A program made the position numbers and the translations under genes. Source: Candidatus Flemingiibacterium sp. (GTDB lineage: Bacteria; Bacillota; Clostridia; Oscillospirales; CAG-272). Taken from it: a stretch of DNA of 64,000 nucleotides. Under the pieces are notes generated by a model. It made no database searches, was not told where the DNA came from, and saw only the letters and a list, made by a program, of their open reading frames with translations. The stretch lies in assembly GCA_045644145.1 (NCBI GenBank), contig JAZRGK010000058.1, positions 557 through 64,556 on the forward strand, read 5' to 3'. This document shows, in pieces, positions 1 through 9,378 of the stretch. Numbering within the stretch: the stretch's first letter is position 1; each line of letters opens with the position of its first letter.

Positions 1-254
1 TAGCTTGTGCGCCTTGCTTCGCTTACCGAGTCCGGTTGGAATGCATTTATACATGCATCTTTCTCCCTCGGCACAGACAAATGTCTGCTGTCCTGGCAAA
101 GCCGCGCCACAATATCCCGGCGGCAGGGTATTCAATTGTCGGGGGATGTTATTACATCCAACGGAGAAAGATGCCCCCTCATAACACATACGACATGAGA
201 TTTTATAAATGTTCCTGATTTTCAAAAATTTTTATGAAATTTTTTTGCAATAGG

Positions 255-279
255 AAAAGCCTGCCGTTTTGCGGCAGGC
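255..279 (-). terminator. Intrinsic terminator after 296..1231
   Basis: GCCTGCCG-TTTTG-CGGCAGGC hairpin with AAAA (U-tract on the minus strand) at 255-258. Confidence 0.6.
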
Positions 280-295
280 AAGTTTACAGTAAATT

Positions 296-1231
296 CTAAT
301 TTTCAATGGATTTTATCAGCATTTCGAACTTTTCACGCATCTTTTCCATACGCTTTGATACAGCACTTGCAGTTTTGAATCCAAGCTCATCGGCAATCTC
401 CTTCTGGGTCAGCTTATATTCACGCATGCGAAGTATCTGTTGATCAACACTGTCAAGCATGGAATGAAATATAGAATAGAGACGGTCATACTGTTCTTCT
501 TCATATTTCTCATTAATCCTTTTAGCAATCCAATCTGAACCAATATCGGGGTTATCAACAAGTTCTCCTGTTTCCGGATCTTCAATCGTATCCTCGGGAA
601 AATCATCGAGGGATACCATCTCTCCGAATTTGGTGCGAGTATGATACCAGTATCTGCGATAGTCTAAATATTTGAAGTTAGCGCACTTATTAGTGAAGTC
701 TTCCTCTGTGGGCATTTTCTTTGCGAGCGTTACAAGTTCAGGAATATTCTGAACTTGCAGCAAAAGATTCATCATGCGTGAAAGGAACTCGTCCGCAAAC
801 TGATCGATGATGGCATCAAGCTCGGTGTCAGTAAGTTTGTTTACAGACTTTTCGTGCTTTTTTGCATATTGTTGCGCCTCTTCAAAGAGAGGTGCTTTCA
901 TATCGGTCATAATCTGAGTGATAATGCTCTCACAGAGTGTGCCGTCTTCAAGTATTTCCATTACTGTACCTGCAACCAGCTTTTCCTCTGACTCTTCAAC
1001 GCAAGCGATAGGGGCGTTGCCTGAGTATCCGCGGAGCGAGGCAAGTCCAGCGAGTGCTTTCATCTGCTCGTTCCACGATTTTGAGAACAGTTCTTTCGCT
1101 TTTATGTAAATGCGATTTTTTGCATCAACTGCGTTTGTGTAATCGTATGTAGATTCTCTTGAACTGAAATCGTTTTGACGAAAGTTTTCGCGTAAAGATT
1201 CAATAGTAAGTTCGGTGGTTTCTTTTGTCAT
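296..1231 (-). CDS. Sigma-70 region 4-like HTH protein of the type carried by ICEs
   Basis: C-terminal LDSVDQQILRMREYKLTQKEIADELGFKTASAVSKRMEKMR matches a region-4 HTH; RBS GGGGAG. Confidence 0.75.
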   Translation of the reverse strand: MTKETTELTIESLRENFRQNDFSSRESTYDYTNAVDAKNRIYIKAKELFSKSWNEQMKALAGLASLRGYSGNAPIACVEESEEKLVAGTVMEILEDGTLCESIITQIMTDMKAPLFEEAQQYAKKHEKSVNKLTDTELDAIIDQFADEFLSRMMNLLLQVQNIPELVTLAKKMPTEEDFTNKCANFKYLDYRRYWYHTRTKFGEMVSLDDFPEDTIEDPETGELVDNPDIGSDWIAKRINEKYEEEQYDRLYSIFHSMLDSVDQQILRMREYKLTQKEIADELGFKTASAVSKRMEKMREKFEMLIKSIEN

Positions 1232-1295
1232 TTGCTCCCCTTTAATATATTTGTTCGTGTTTTAACTTTGATAAGCAGAACATACATTCGATTAT

Positions 1296-1324
1296 ATTGT
1301 ACCATAGCTCGCCGGTTTTGTCAA
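1296..1324 (-). promoter_or_regulatory. SigA promoter for 296..1231
   Basis: Minus strand TTGACA-N17-TACAAT with TG extension. Confidence 0.65.
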
Positions 1325-1655
1325 GAGCTTTTTCTTTGTTTATGGCGATTCAGATGTTGAGCAGCGAAGGACGGATACGGATGATTCAACAAACTAAAGT
1401 GGCCATGATTATGATTTGGTACATGACCACCTTAGGTGGGTAAAGCGCGTTTTTAAGAAATACCCTCGCGTTTCGTTAAGGCGTCTCATTAGATATGCGA
1501 AGGAGTCCCTGTTTCAGGGCACCCAATGATGCAGAGGCGGCTTCGCATATGATTTGCTACGAAAACTCTTTTTCGAAGGGAGACGTATTTAACGCCGCCT
1601 TTGATGAAAGGGATAGCGTCGCGTTTCATGATACTGTCCCCTTGCACGGAGGCGA

Positions 1656-1931
1656 TCATCCGTCGCCACCTGTTGCCATCACCTCAATGATGATCCTCGC
1701 GCCGATGGTGAATCCTTTTATAAATGCCTCACGCTCGGTCAGATCGTGCATCTCGCCAGCGCAGTCGGTGTATTTTTCGAAGATTTCCTTTTCGTCGTCG
1801 GTCAGCCGCCCACGAAGATCGTCATAGTGCCGCGCTATGAGTGTGAGTAGTTCCGAGTATGCGCCGCCTTTCTTGAACGGCCGCTCCCACGGAGAGATAT
1901 TGCCGAACCACAGATCTTCAAGTATGTTCAT
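1656..1931 (-). CDS. DUF6809 family protein
   Basis: MNILEDLWFGNISPWE...EAFIKGFTIGARIIIEV signature; RBS GAGGAGG upstream of ATG 1931. Confidence 0.8.
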   Translation of the reverse strand: MNILEDLWFGNISPWERPFKKGGAYSELLTLIARHYDDLRGRLTDDEKEIFEKYTDCAGEMHDLTEREAFIKGFTIGARIIIEVMATGGDG

Positions 1932-2175
1932 GATCGTCCTCCTCACATAGAGAAACGGTGACCGCATCTCCGAGTTCGCCCTCGGCTATGCAGTCACCGT
2001 TTTGCTTCATTTTTTCGGCTGTTTTGAAAGTCTGACGGACCAGTTCCATCTCGAGCCACGTTTGTACGTCCTCTGTGTGCGGATCAATGCTGGACATAAT
2101 TGTTTTTGCTCCGACGGCGGAGAGAATGGAGTATTTGTCCCCGTAGTAGAGCTCCTCGATAGTGTATTTTGCCAT
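1918..2175 (-). CDS. Small hypothetical protein
   Basis: RBS AAGGAGG before ATG 2175; overlaps the next gene as in an operon. Confidence 0.6.
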   Translation of the reverse strand: MAKYTIEELYYGDKYSILSAVGAKTIMSSIDPHTEDVQTWLEMELVRQTFKTAEKMKQNGDCIAEGELGDAVTVSLCEEDDHEHT

Positions 2176-2424
2176 TTGTGCTGCCTCCTTTTTTGTTGGT
2201 AGCACAAGGATATCACAGAATGAGGAAAATGTCCAGAGAGAATAGCGAAGAAAAAATAATATATCTACTTTGTCACAATGGGCACTACTTTCATGGCTTA
2301 GTCAATTCGATATTTATTTCAAAAAATAATGTATCTATACATAAATATCATCTGTGGCGAGGGTGCAACCAGCAAAATCGGTTGCACCCTCTTTTAATTA
2401 TTTTGTAATGATAATCACTCTGCC

Positions 2425-5400
2425 TTATTTCATTACATTTTCGCAGAATCTTCTGAGATATGCAGCAAGTTCAGCACGGCTTGCGCCCTTCGTGAGATTG
2501 CTGATATCCGAACCAATACCGTCAAACATACCATTGAGGTCTGCCCAAAGGACATTGTTTTCTGCCCACTCGCTGTTGGTGTAGGCATCATCAGCGTTTC
2601 CATTTACATTTTCGCTCAACTTCTTATAAACAGCATAGCGATTAAGAATTGCCGTAACCTGCTCATGGGTCAGATCATTGGTGGCACCAAATATACCGTC
2701 GCCATATCCATTGACAATACCATTAGCGGCTGCCCAGTTAACTGCGTCTGTATACCATTCGCCACTTGGGATATCTACAAAGTTAACAATACTGTCTACT
2801 ATGGGACTTCCTTCCAATCTCCACAGAACGGTCACAAGCATAGCACGATTGACAATCTCGGTTGTCGAGAAACTGTCGTCGCTCGTACCGATCATAAGAC
2901 CGGTTTCGTAAGCATACTCAATATCCTCATAGAACCAATCGTCATCATCGACATCACCGAAAGGATTCTCCCATGCGAGCTCTTTAAAGAGCGCTGTAAT
3001 AGCATGTGCTTCCTTTACGTTCTCAAAAGTATACTCGGAAACTGCACCAACGCTCTCGCCATCTACAACAACGTCGGCGATAGCATAGCCTTCATCGGGA
3101 GTTATTGAGTGTGTAATGTTATTACCATACTTCACTTCAGAAGTTCCATCGGGAGTTATTACTCCTCCATTGTTGGCAGTTGCGGTTATCTCGAATCTTT
3201 GATTACGCAGTTGTATAAGAAGCCAATATATATTAGTTTCACGATCGTCTGATAAATCATCTTTTTTCCAATGAGCATAGATAGTTGTGTCGGAGATGAA
3301 AACTGTAGAGGTTGTGATTTGGGTTCCAGTTACAGGATCGGTGTACCAACCGTCGAAAATGTAGCCATCGCGTGTAGCAATAGGGAGTGATGCCAATTTA
3401 CCATCAGACTTTGTTGAAAGCGAATTTATACTAACAGTACCTCCATTAGGTTCGAAAGTGATGGTATGTTCTGTATAATTATCTTTGGAATCTTCTATAA
3501 TTGCGAACAGGCAGAAATGATCTACTTCAAAGACTATCATACCATTATAAATCATTACCTCAACAAATACCCAATCCCCATGTTGATCTTGTTTATACAC
3601 CATTATAGATGACTGTGAGTATCCTTCTGGTACCGGGATATAAACCGTAACCGGTTTGTCCGGCTGCGCTTCCTGTCCGTTACGAACTAATGATATATCA
3701 TATAGTGTGTAGTTGTCATTTTCGTCGATATCTAAACCGTTTGCCGTATTTGAGTAATCGACTATTCTATATACTTGTAGTATTGTATCTGTGGGGAACT
3801 CAACTTCTGATTTGACTGTAATACCATCTTTAGAGGTGATTTCGCTCATTCCCCTATCTTCAATATAAGGAGTAAATACTGCCCATGCAATTTCATTGGT
3901 GGAATTATTTGCTAAATGCATTGTCTGCATGGCAAAATTCAGCATCTTCTGTACATAGAAAATTGCGGATAATGCTGCTCCTGCAGGACCGCCTCCTTTT
4001 TGCAACAAGCCTTGAACCGTTGAAAATGCATAACCGATTCCTGCATCTTTTAAGATATCTTCAAAATTAACGTCAATGGAATCGAAGAGCATATTAATAT
4101 TATCAGTCGCGATTCCGAATATTGTTGAAACACTTCCTTGAGCAATCGTAGTAGCATACTCTTTGAAGAAATCTTCATGTAATGTTGCTAATGTGCTTGT
4201 ACCATATTCAGACGATAGTACAGCCCATATTGTTTCTCTGCTAATGTAGTCGAAGGTGTCGGTATCAAATTTTACTGTACTGTCAATTAGTGAAGTGCCT
4301 GTCAAGAAATAATCTATCAAATTTACATACAGACACGCAGGAGAAAGAACGCAGCTATTAGTTACCACAACATATCCGTCAAACGGAACCTCGACACTTA
4401 TTTCTGTCTTTTTACTTGCAGAAACACCTCTAAATGAAAAACTATCACCATTCCAAAGATCAACGATCATGTCTTTTCCTCCATATACTACTGATTTCAA
4501 AGAGGATGGATCGCTGAATTTCTTAATGGTTTTTATATCAATAAGTTCTCCTTTTTCGTTGTAAACTTCAACAACTCCAGGTGTATAAGTTTCGTTATAT
4601 ACAGAAAAATCAAATGTGTATGTACCATAACTATTATACTTATAAGTAAAATCAGTTACATACATTCCGTTCACATATGCATTGTAGAAATCTTTATCTA
4701 TTACAATATCATACTCATACGTCGGAATATTATCAGCTCTTAAAGATTGGTACTTATCTTCGGCGATGTGTAATGTCACATTGATTGGCGCGGATGTAAT
4801 ATCATCAGAAATAGTTATTGTCACTACGCCGGGTTTATCCGCAACGAAAACGCACTCGGCAAAATCATCATATTCAATATGTTTTTTCAAACTTATCGTT
4901 TCATTGTCGCTGATCTGTATTACCAATCCTTCAGGTTTAGTCCAGTGCAAGTAATCATCTTCTGTTTCAGTACAATCATAAATAAAGAATCTTATTTCAT
5001 CTCCAACAAAATATGATTTGCCAGTGTTGTTGATCTCAACTGATAAATATTTGTTATCCGATGATAAAGACACAAGTGTATTGTCGTAAAGAACATAATC
5101 CTTAGAATAAAGGATTGATTGCTTGATTGTATTAATCAATTCGGTATCGGGATACACATTATAACCGGTATCATCAATATATACTATTGAATTAATCTCG
5201 TCATAATCTGTTATAACTCCACTTCCTTCAATCACATGAATAACCTTAAAAATCTGCTCACCAACACAGTATATACGAACCTGATCGCCTATCCAACTGC
5301 CGATCTGATCGCTCGGGAAGCTGCTTCCCGTGACATCGCTGACATAATAGCTGCCGGACGGGAGTGTGCTACCTTCAATAACTGGAGCAAATTGATCTGT

Positions 5401-6708
5401 ATCCACAACCTTAGTTGCAGGATCGTAACCTTCAAGTGTACATACAGTACCGGGAATAATTTTTGCTTCGGAGACTTCGTTGCTGTCATTGAGGTTATAT
5501 GCAATATAATAATAATCACCAAGATAGTTTGTGGGTAACAAAACTGATTCTTGCTCACAGGTATGAGCAACGTTATATGTAAATCCGTCGATTGTTACGG
5601 TTTCCATCAAGTTTTTGCCGAAACCGGTAGTAGGATCGGTTATGTATTTCTGCGTGGAGCCGTTGTATTTGCCAAAACGGGTGTAGGCCGTGTCAGCGGG
5701 AATAGAAGAATCCTCATCCAATGCCATAAAAGGAATGTGGTGTTCTGTAGCATAAGTTTCAACTGTAGAGCCAGTATAGCCGTAAAGTTCTAAGTTAGCG
5801 TGACAGTTAGAGAATACATCTGTACTTGTGCCAAATTTCACATCTATGGAATATACCATTACTTTTATGAGAGTATCACAATGGTTAAACGCACCGCCAT
5901 CGATGCTTTTTACACTATTAGGGATAGTTATGCTTGAAAGGGCAGTACATGACTGAAACGTAGCAACGCCAATGCTTTTTACTCCATCAGGAATGGTTAC
6001 ACTCTTAATATTAGTAGCTCCATCAAATGCAAATCTATTAATACTGATTACACCATTAGGAATCATATACATTTTTCTTGTATTACCTATGGGGTACCGT
6101 ATAAGTGTAGTTTTATCTTTGTTAAACAGTACACCGTATTCGTCACTTGAGTATATTTTATTGTTTATATCTACGGTAATTTTTGTAAGGTTGTCGCAGT
6201 GAGAAAATGCCCCCTCACCAATGCTTATTATACTGTTTGGGATAATTATGCTAGCAAGATCTCTACAGTAGGAAAATGCTACCTCACCAATGCTTGTTAT
6301 GCTATCTGGAATCATTACGTTTGTAAGAGCATAACAAAACGAAAATGCACCGTCGCCAATGCTAGTTACACTATTGGGTATGGAAATGCTCACAAGACTG
6401 CAATCGTAGAATGCATAGTTGCCAATATTTGTGACACCGTCCTCAATTATAACAGATTTTATGCTGTCGCAGTAAATATTCCACGGTGCAGTAGAATAAA
6501 ATGTGATAGAATCATAATAATAATCAGCCATCGCACCATTACCAGAGATAGTCAACGTCCCGTTTTCAGTGAATTTCCATGTCAGATTACTTCCATCGCC
6601 CTCGCCACCACAATAACCGCTTGCAACAATATCAGCGGCAGATGCAGATAATGGCAGCAATGACATCACCATGCAACAAATCAAAATGAAACTAATAATT
6701 TTTTTCAT
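2425..6708 (-). CDS. Secreted BspA-type leucine-rich-repeat surface protein with InlB B-repeat/Flg_new domain and C-terminal SLH domains
   Basis: Signal peptide; IPNSVTSIGDGAF repeats; ITFEPNGG...RDGYIFDGWYTD; SLH motifs (FGDVDDDDWFY, NRAMLVTVLWR, WAAANGIVNGY). Confidence 0.9.
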   Translation of the reverse strand: MKKIISFILICCMVMSLLPLSASAADIVASGYCGGEGDGSNLTWKFTENGTLTISGNGAMADYYYDSITFYSTAPWNIYCDSIKSVIIEDGVTNIGNYAFYDCSLVSISIPNSVTSIGDGAFSFCYALTNVMIPDSITSIGEVAFSYCRDLASIIIPNSIISIGEGAFSHCDNLTKITVDINNKIYSSDEYGVLFNKDKTTLIRYPIGNTRKMYMIPNGVISINRFAFDGATNIKSVTIPDGVKSIGVATFQSCTALSSITIPNSVKSIDGGAFNHCDTLIKVMVYSIDVKFGTSTDVFSNCHANLELYGYTGSTVETYATEHHIPFMALDEDSSIPADTAYTRFGKYNGSTQKYITDPTTGFGKNLMETVTIDGFTYNVAHTCEQESVLLPTNYLGDYYYIAYNLNDSNEVSEAKIIPGTVCTLEGYDPATKVVDTDQFAPVIEGSTLPSGSYYVSDVTGSSFPSDQIGSWIGDQVRIYCVGEQIFKVIHVIEGSGVITDYDEINSIVYIDDTGYNVYPDTELINTIKQSILYSKDYVLYDNTLVSLSSDNKYLSVEINNTGKSYFVGDEIRFFIYDCTETEDDYLHWTKPEGLVIQISDNETISLKKHIEYDDFAECVFVADKPGVVTITISDDITSAPINVTLHIAEDKYQSLRADNIPTYEYDIVIDKDFYNAYVNGMYVTDFTYKYNSYGTYTFDFSVYNETYTPGVVEVYNEKGELIDIKTIKKFSDPSSLKSVVYGGKDMIVDLWNGDSFSFRGVSASKKTEISVEVPFDGYVVVTNSCVLSPACLYVNLIDYFLTGTSLIDSTVKFDTDTFDYISRETIWAVLSSEYGTSTLATLHEDFFKEYATTIAQGSVSTIFGIATDNINMLFDSIDVNFEDILKDAGIGYAFSTVQGLLQKGGGPAGAALSAIFYVQKMLNFAMQTMHLANNSTNEIAWAVFTPYIEDRGMSEITSKDGITVKSEVEFPTDTILQVYRIVDYSNTANGLDIDENDNYTLYDISLVRNGQEAQPDKPVTVYIPVPEGYSQSSIMVYKQDQHGDWVFVEVMIYNGMIVFEVDHFCLFAIIEDSKDNYTEHTITFEPNGGTVSINSLSTKSDGKLASLPIATRDGYIFDGWYTDPVTGTQITTSTVFISDTTIYAHWKKDDLSDDRETNIYWLLIQLRNQRFEITATANNGGVITPDGTSEVKYGNNITHSITPDEGYAIADVVVDGESVGAVSEYTFENVKEAHAITALFKELAWENPFGDVDDDDWFYEDIEYAYETGLMIGTSDDSFSTTEIVNRAMLVTVLWRLEGSPIVDSIVNFVDIPSGEWYTDAVNWAAANGIVNGYGDGIFGATNDLTHEQVTAILNRYAVYKKLSENVNGNADDAYTNSEWAENNVLWADLNGMFDGIGSDISNLTKGASRAELAAYLRRFCENVMK

Positions 6709-6773
6709 AAATTAACCTCCAAAATAAATGTTTATAACTCAACAATTTACAATTGCAATTTAACCCGCTTCAA

Positions 6774-7916
6774 TTATTCTTTTATGCCTTTATCGGCATC
6801 AATGCGTTCACAAATACACTTGGTATGCTTGCAAACGCCCTGGGGACACCGATGCGGACAATACAATTTTTTAAGTATCGTAGTTGTTTCTTTTTTCTTT
6901 TCTGATTCTTTCGATTTAACAACAACGCCTGAACGTGGGCACATACCGCCTTCGCGTATCATATGCCTTATGTACATTTGCGAAAGTTCGCTTTCAAGTA
7001 ATGACTTGTATCCATTGAGAACATTTTTCTTGAACAGCTCCTTGTAGGCTTTTTCGTTTACCGGAGCACCATTTTCTCTTAATTTTCTGCCATATGTAGT
7101 AATGGTTAACATAGCTTTCACCAAAACCTTTTCCGGTACGTCATTCTTAACATTGATAGACAATCCAACGACCGAGCCTGTACGCCCATATTCCTGATCC
7201 TTTCCGGAAGGGATGTAGTACCTCCCTTCTTTAAGTTTATCATTGAAGAATATATAGTTGTTTTGGTCAAGCAAGAAATAGAAGGACTCTCTGCTAGTCA
7301 AGAAGTCATGCACTTTGTAATTCATGGAAGAACCATCTCGACTAGTGATAAGTCTCCACTTTTCTACTTCCTTTTTATCTGTGGGCAAATTTCCGTCAAA
7401 ATCTTCATCCGGATAGCAATACACTAAATCAACGGTCACCTCATCGTCATCTAATCCCGGCGTTGTAGCAAGTATTGCTTCTTTCAGCTCTAACAAAATA
7501 GTACGTATTTGCTCATGGACATCGTATACAAGCACATTTTCATAGTAGTCCAACGGATGCCATATAGGAATGCTTCCATATGTGATCTGCAAGACATGCC
7601 GTGTTTTATATGCATTTGCACGCTGTTCTACTTTCAGCATAGCAGACGAAAGTTTCTCGGACAGTTCAATTCTTTTATACTTTCGGTAAGTAACACGAGA
7701 ACAACAAAATAATATTATTTTTAGTACTAACGAAACAACCCAAATATAACCCATAATAGTTAAAAATCTATTACGGTTAATTATTGGCCATCCGAAAAAA
7801 TCATTCGTCGCTAAAAAAGCTGATGAAATAACAAATGCTAATTCAACAACAAAAGATATCGTCGGATATAAAACTTTCATTTTGCATTTAATCCATTTTT
7901 CGAAATGCTCTTTCAT
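6774..7916 (-). CDS. Hypothetical membrane protein (two N-terminal TM helices, soluble C-terminus)
   Basis: Long AT-rich ORF; RBS AAGGAG before ATG 7916; two hydrophobic stretches. Confidence 0.75.
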   Translation of the reverse strand: MKEHFEKWIKCKMKVLYPTISFVVELAFVISSAFLATNDFFGWPIINRNRFLTIMGYIWVVSLVLKIILFCCSRVTYRKYKRIELSEKLSSAMLKVEQRANAYKTRHVLQITYGSIPIWHPLDYYENVLVYDVHEQIRTILLELKEAILATTPGLDDDEVTVDLVYCYPDEDFDGNLPTDKKEVEKWRLITSRDGSSMNYKVHDFLTSRESFYFLLDQNNYIFFNDKLKEGRYYIPSGKDQEYGRTGSVVGLSINVKNDVPEKVLVKAMLTITTYGRKLRENGAPVNEKAYKELFKKNVLNGYKSLLESELSQMYIRHMIREGGMCPRSGVVVKSKESEKKKETTTILKKLYCPHRCPQGVCKHTKCICERIDADKGIKE

Positions 7917-7968
7917 TTTATACACTCCTTTTCCAATTAGATAAGCATAGCAGTGTGGTAGCATACCA

Positions 7969-8126
7969 ATGGAATTAAAGGTAGACCTTTAATTCCATAA
8001 AAAGATTGACAAAGCTATGCGTTAGTGATAAAATATTATATGTATAATTATAACAAATTCACGTTGTTGTGGTGGTCATGGATTAACTGTTTACAGGTGA
8101 AATTAAAGGTCTACCTTTATGCATTT
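7969..8126. repeat. Pair of inverted palindromic sites flanking a promoter (candidate inversion sites)
   Basis: ATGGAATTAAAGGT-AG-ACCTTTAATTCCAT (7969-7998) and GTGAAATTAAAGGT-CT-ACCTTTAT (8097-8120). Confidence 0.75.
8006..8034 (+). promoter_or_regulatory. Near-consensus SigA promoter inside the candidate invertible segment
   Basis: TTGACA-N17-TAAAAT with TG extension; no sense gene downstream in this orientation. Confidence 0.65.
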
Positions 8127-8153
8127 TTGTCCAATTGAACAAATCAAACATTT

Positions 8154-8759
8154 TCACGAAGCGTTTTCTTTATCATTTGCTATCCATTTGCGAAACAATG
8201 TGTGTGAAACGCCAAGTTCAATGGCCGCTTGTCTACCTGTGAGAACACCTTTTTGCCACGCGCTCTTAACAGCATCATAATTATCTGGTCGTTCTGCGGC
8301 CTTTCTGCCGAGATGCACACCGTTTGCTCGTGCATTTTCAATCCCCTCACGCTGACGCTGTTTGATGAATTCACGTTCAGTCTGTGCCACATAACTGAGA
8401 AGCTGAAGAACAATATCGGCAATCAATGTTCCTGTCAAATCACGCCCACTGCGTGTATCGAGCAACGGCATATCAAGTACCACAATGTCTGCCCGCTTTT
8501 CTTTAGTTATAATACGCCACTGTTCCAGTATTTCATTGTAATCACGTCCAAGTCGGTCAATGCTCTTGATAACGAGAGTATCGCCTGGCTTTATTTTTTT
8601 GATGAGCCGTTTATATCCTGGACGTTCAAAATCCTTGCCGGACTGTTTATCGCATATCATGCTGGCTGGCGGAACACCGAATTCCTCCATTGCTCGCACT
8701 TGCCGTTCCTCGTTCTGATCACGGGATGATACCCGGATATATCCATATATTTTTGTCAT
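8154..8759 (-). CDS. Small serine recombinase (resolvase/invertase family)
   Basis: YGYIRVSSRDQN catalytic motif, SIDRLGR, C-terminal HTH. Confidence 0.95.
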   Translation of the reverse strand: MTKIYGYIRVSSRDQNEERQVRAMEEFGVPPASMICDKQSGKDFERPGYKRLIKKIKPGDTLVIKSIDRLGRDYNEILEQWRIITKEKRADIVVLDMPLLDTRSGRDLTGTLIADIVLQLLSYVAQTEREFIKQRQREGIENARANGVHLGRKAAERPDNYDAVKSAWQKGVLTGRQAAIELGVSHTLFRKWIANDKENAS

Positions 8760-8869
8760 TCCGATTCCTCCATTACAGTATTTTCTGCTGCCTTTCTAAA
8801 GCAACTACATATATTATTTTACCTGTATATTGAAAAGAATCCGTGACCACCACAAAAATCATAACAATA

Positions 8870-8990
8870 CATCACAATATAGTGATGCATCACTATATTG
8901 TATCACAAAATCATTACATAGTGATGAATCACTAACATTCTTTTTGTCTATGATGTATCATATATATAGTGATAAATCATTAACAACGAT
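8870..8990. promoter_or_regulatory. Array of ATCA-N7-9-TGAT palindromes (operators or res subsites)
   Basis: Perfect 28-bp palindrome 8874-8901; further copies 8910-8925 and 8957-8973; lies between divergent recombinase and XRE genes. Confidence 0.65.
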
Positions 8991-9008
8991 TAAGGATGTG
9001 GATATACA

Positions 9009-9251
9009 TTGAATACTCAGCAAGCAGTTGCGAACCGAATACGTGAGCTGTGCAAGGAGCGTGGAATAACGCCTAACGGTATCAGTTTAATATCCGGCGT
9101 TCCGCAAGCTACAGTAAAGAGCATTTTGAATGGCGAAAGCAAAAATCCGGGCATTGTGAACATAAAGAAACTTTGTGATGGATTCGAGATTACACTCGGT
9201 GAGTTTTTCAGCACGCCCGAATTCGATGGATTAGAGCAAGAATTGCAGTAA
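9009..9251 (+). CDS. XRE-family HTH regulator
   Basis: RIRELCKERGITPNGISLISGVPQATVKSILNGESKNPG...LGEFF. Confidence 0.9.
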   Translation: MNTQQAVANRIRELCKERGITPNGISLISGVPQATVKSILNGESKNPGIVNIKKLCDGFEITLGEFFSTPEFDGLEQELQ

Positions 9252-9378
9252 TGAAAAAACATCCATTTGTGGTAGGGCGACATCGCCAAGCCTAACACAA
9301 ATGGATGTATCACTTTTTAAGCACAAATATTAATGTATAATATGCTGTGTAAAGAACATTAAAATAAAGGAAGATTAT

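Noticed and set aside
1331-1358. TTTCTTTGTTT-ATGGCG-ATTCAGATGTT resembles the 28-bp cassette site
   Set aside because: The right arm is poor, the site is isolated 30 kb away, and the T-rich arm is explained as the UP element of the adjacent promoter.
1376-1650. Non-coding stretch with several imperfect hairpins (possible oriT or ncRNA)
   Set aside because: No recognisable nic motif or RNA family, and no relaxase in the window.
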